From Macrostomum lignano (taxonomy: Eukaryota), in assembly GCA_002269645.1 (NCBI GenBank), contig NIVC01000151.1, positions 496,001 through 560,000 of the forward strand: a stretch of DNA of 64,000 bases, read 5' to 3'. The notes beneath the pieces were generated by a model. It ran no database searches, was not told the DNA's origin, and worked only from the letters and a program-made list of their open reading frames with translations. Shown here one piece after another: positions 63,000 to 64,000 of the stretch (positions within the stretch are counted from its first letter, which is position 1; the number at the start of each line of letters is the position of its first letter). The position numbers and the translations under genes are program-made.

Positions 63000-63660
63000 C
63001 GTCGGTGCAAACGCGCAGAACAGCCGGGCGTTACGGCCTCGCAGTCTCACATCCACACGCAGAAGCCGAGGTGACACAGGGACACAGCAGACACTCTGCT
63101 GCAGCCGCGGTCCGACTAGAGCGCCGACTCCTCCACGTCCTCGACTGTCCGCTGAGGTGAAAAACAGGGTCCAGCCGGCACCGAGATCCTCACGTTGGAG
63201 GCCGTCCTGCGTCACAATTGAAACTTCCTGCAGCATCACAATGTCCAGCTGCAGATCGGATGCCAGCTGCGCCAGCATTCCCCTCCTCCAAGCAGGTTTG
63301 AGAGTGCGACAGTTGAAGGTGGCAATTCTAAACGCGCTTCCTGGTACAGCTGGGGCCCGGACTTGTTGGGCCCCACGGTCTCCTGCGCTACCAGGCAGAA
63401 CCGATTGGATAGGGGCCGGGTCAAGCAAACTTGCAGACTTGCGAAAACGACCTTTCAGCCGTCCTCGCCTGTTGCGCTCACGCCGCCGCTGGATGCGCCG
63501 GTGGAGACTTCGTTTGCCTCGCCGGTTGCCCTTCCTGCCGCTGTTAGCAGCCGCAGCGTCCGTGTTAGCAGAGCGCGGCTCACCGCTCTCACCTGGGCAA
63601 GCGCCAGCCAGATGGCAAGCGTCACCCGGAGGTCGCAGCATATTTGCACCCCAGTGTGCG
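63000..63660 (-). mobile_element. RTE-like non-LTR retrotransposon 5' fragment (APE endonuclease N-terminal half)
   Basis: FRIATFNCRTL, DIVMLQEV, TSADSRGRGGVGALVG, PRLLRV, FCAFAPT, then an abrupt break into AT-rich DNA near 63000. Confidence 0.8.
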
Positions 63661-64000
63661 GATCATGTACCCGTGTACGCCGGAAAAAATTCGGGCGTCA
63701 AGGACTTTGTACGCCAGTGTACGCCAAAAACAAAAAGTTGCACTCAAATGTACACTAAAAATTCCAAAAAAGGGTCATTCGGTTTTCACGAGTAGAGTTT
63801 TCTAGGAAAGGCTTTCGTATGAAAAGTGTCTTTAAAATATTACGAATATTGTCAGTTTAAACAAACTTAAATAACACCTACAAAAAATATCATGCAAAGT
63901 TAATACTTTCAGCAAAATTTTACACTAGTTTAATTTTTTTTTAACTTAAAATAAGCAAAAAGTTTATCACTGACGATATAAATTTTCCTTTACTTTACGT

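Noticed and set aside
63668-64000. Possible DNA-transposon terminus (CCCGTGTACGCC...)
   Set aside because: The other end lies outside the window, so no TIR or TSD can be tested.

Overview
Eukaryotic (metazoan) genomic DNA. GC-rich exons with GT-AG introns, almost all filled by their own minisatellite, resemble the flatworm Macrostomum lignano (inference from sequence style only). Genes reconstructed by hand from splice sites and reading phase: two head-to-head glycosyltransferase family 92 paralogues sharing a palindromic promoter/exon 1 (the + copy has two 1-nt deletions); a two-exon, 66-aa secreted cystine-knot (knottin) peptide gene that the ORF track misses; LRMDA (with a GC-AG intron); ALG11; a 15-exon Ig/FN3/DB-module transmembrane receptor; and PARP3. 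Mobile DNA includes a tRNA-headed CORE-like SINE, a decayed Crypton tyrosine-recombinase fragment, an LTR with a tRNA-Leu primer-binding site, two RTE-like LINE fragments and several MITEs. Most long ORFs in the track are artefacts of tandem repeats. Top leads: the knottin gene, intronic arrays that amplify the 5' splice site, and the GT92 palindrome with a gene-conversion-like identity gradient.
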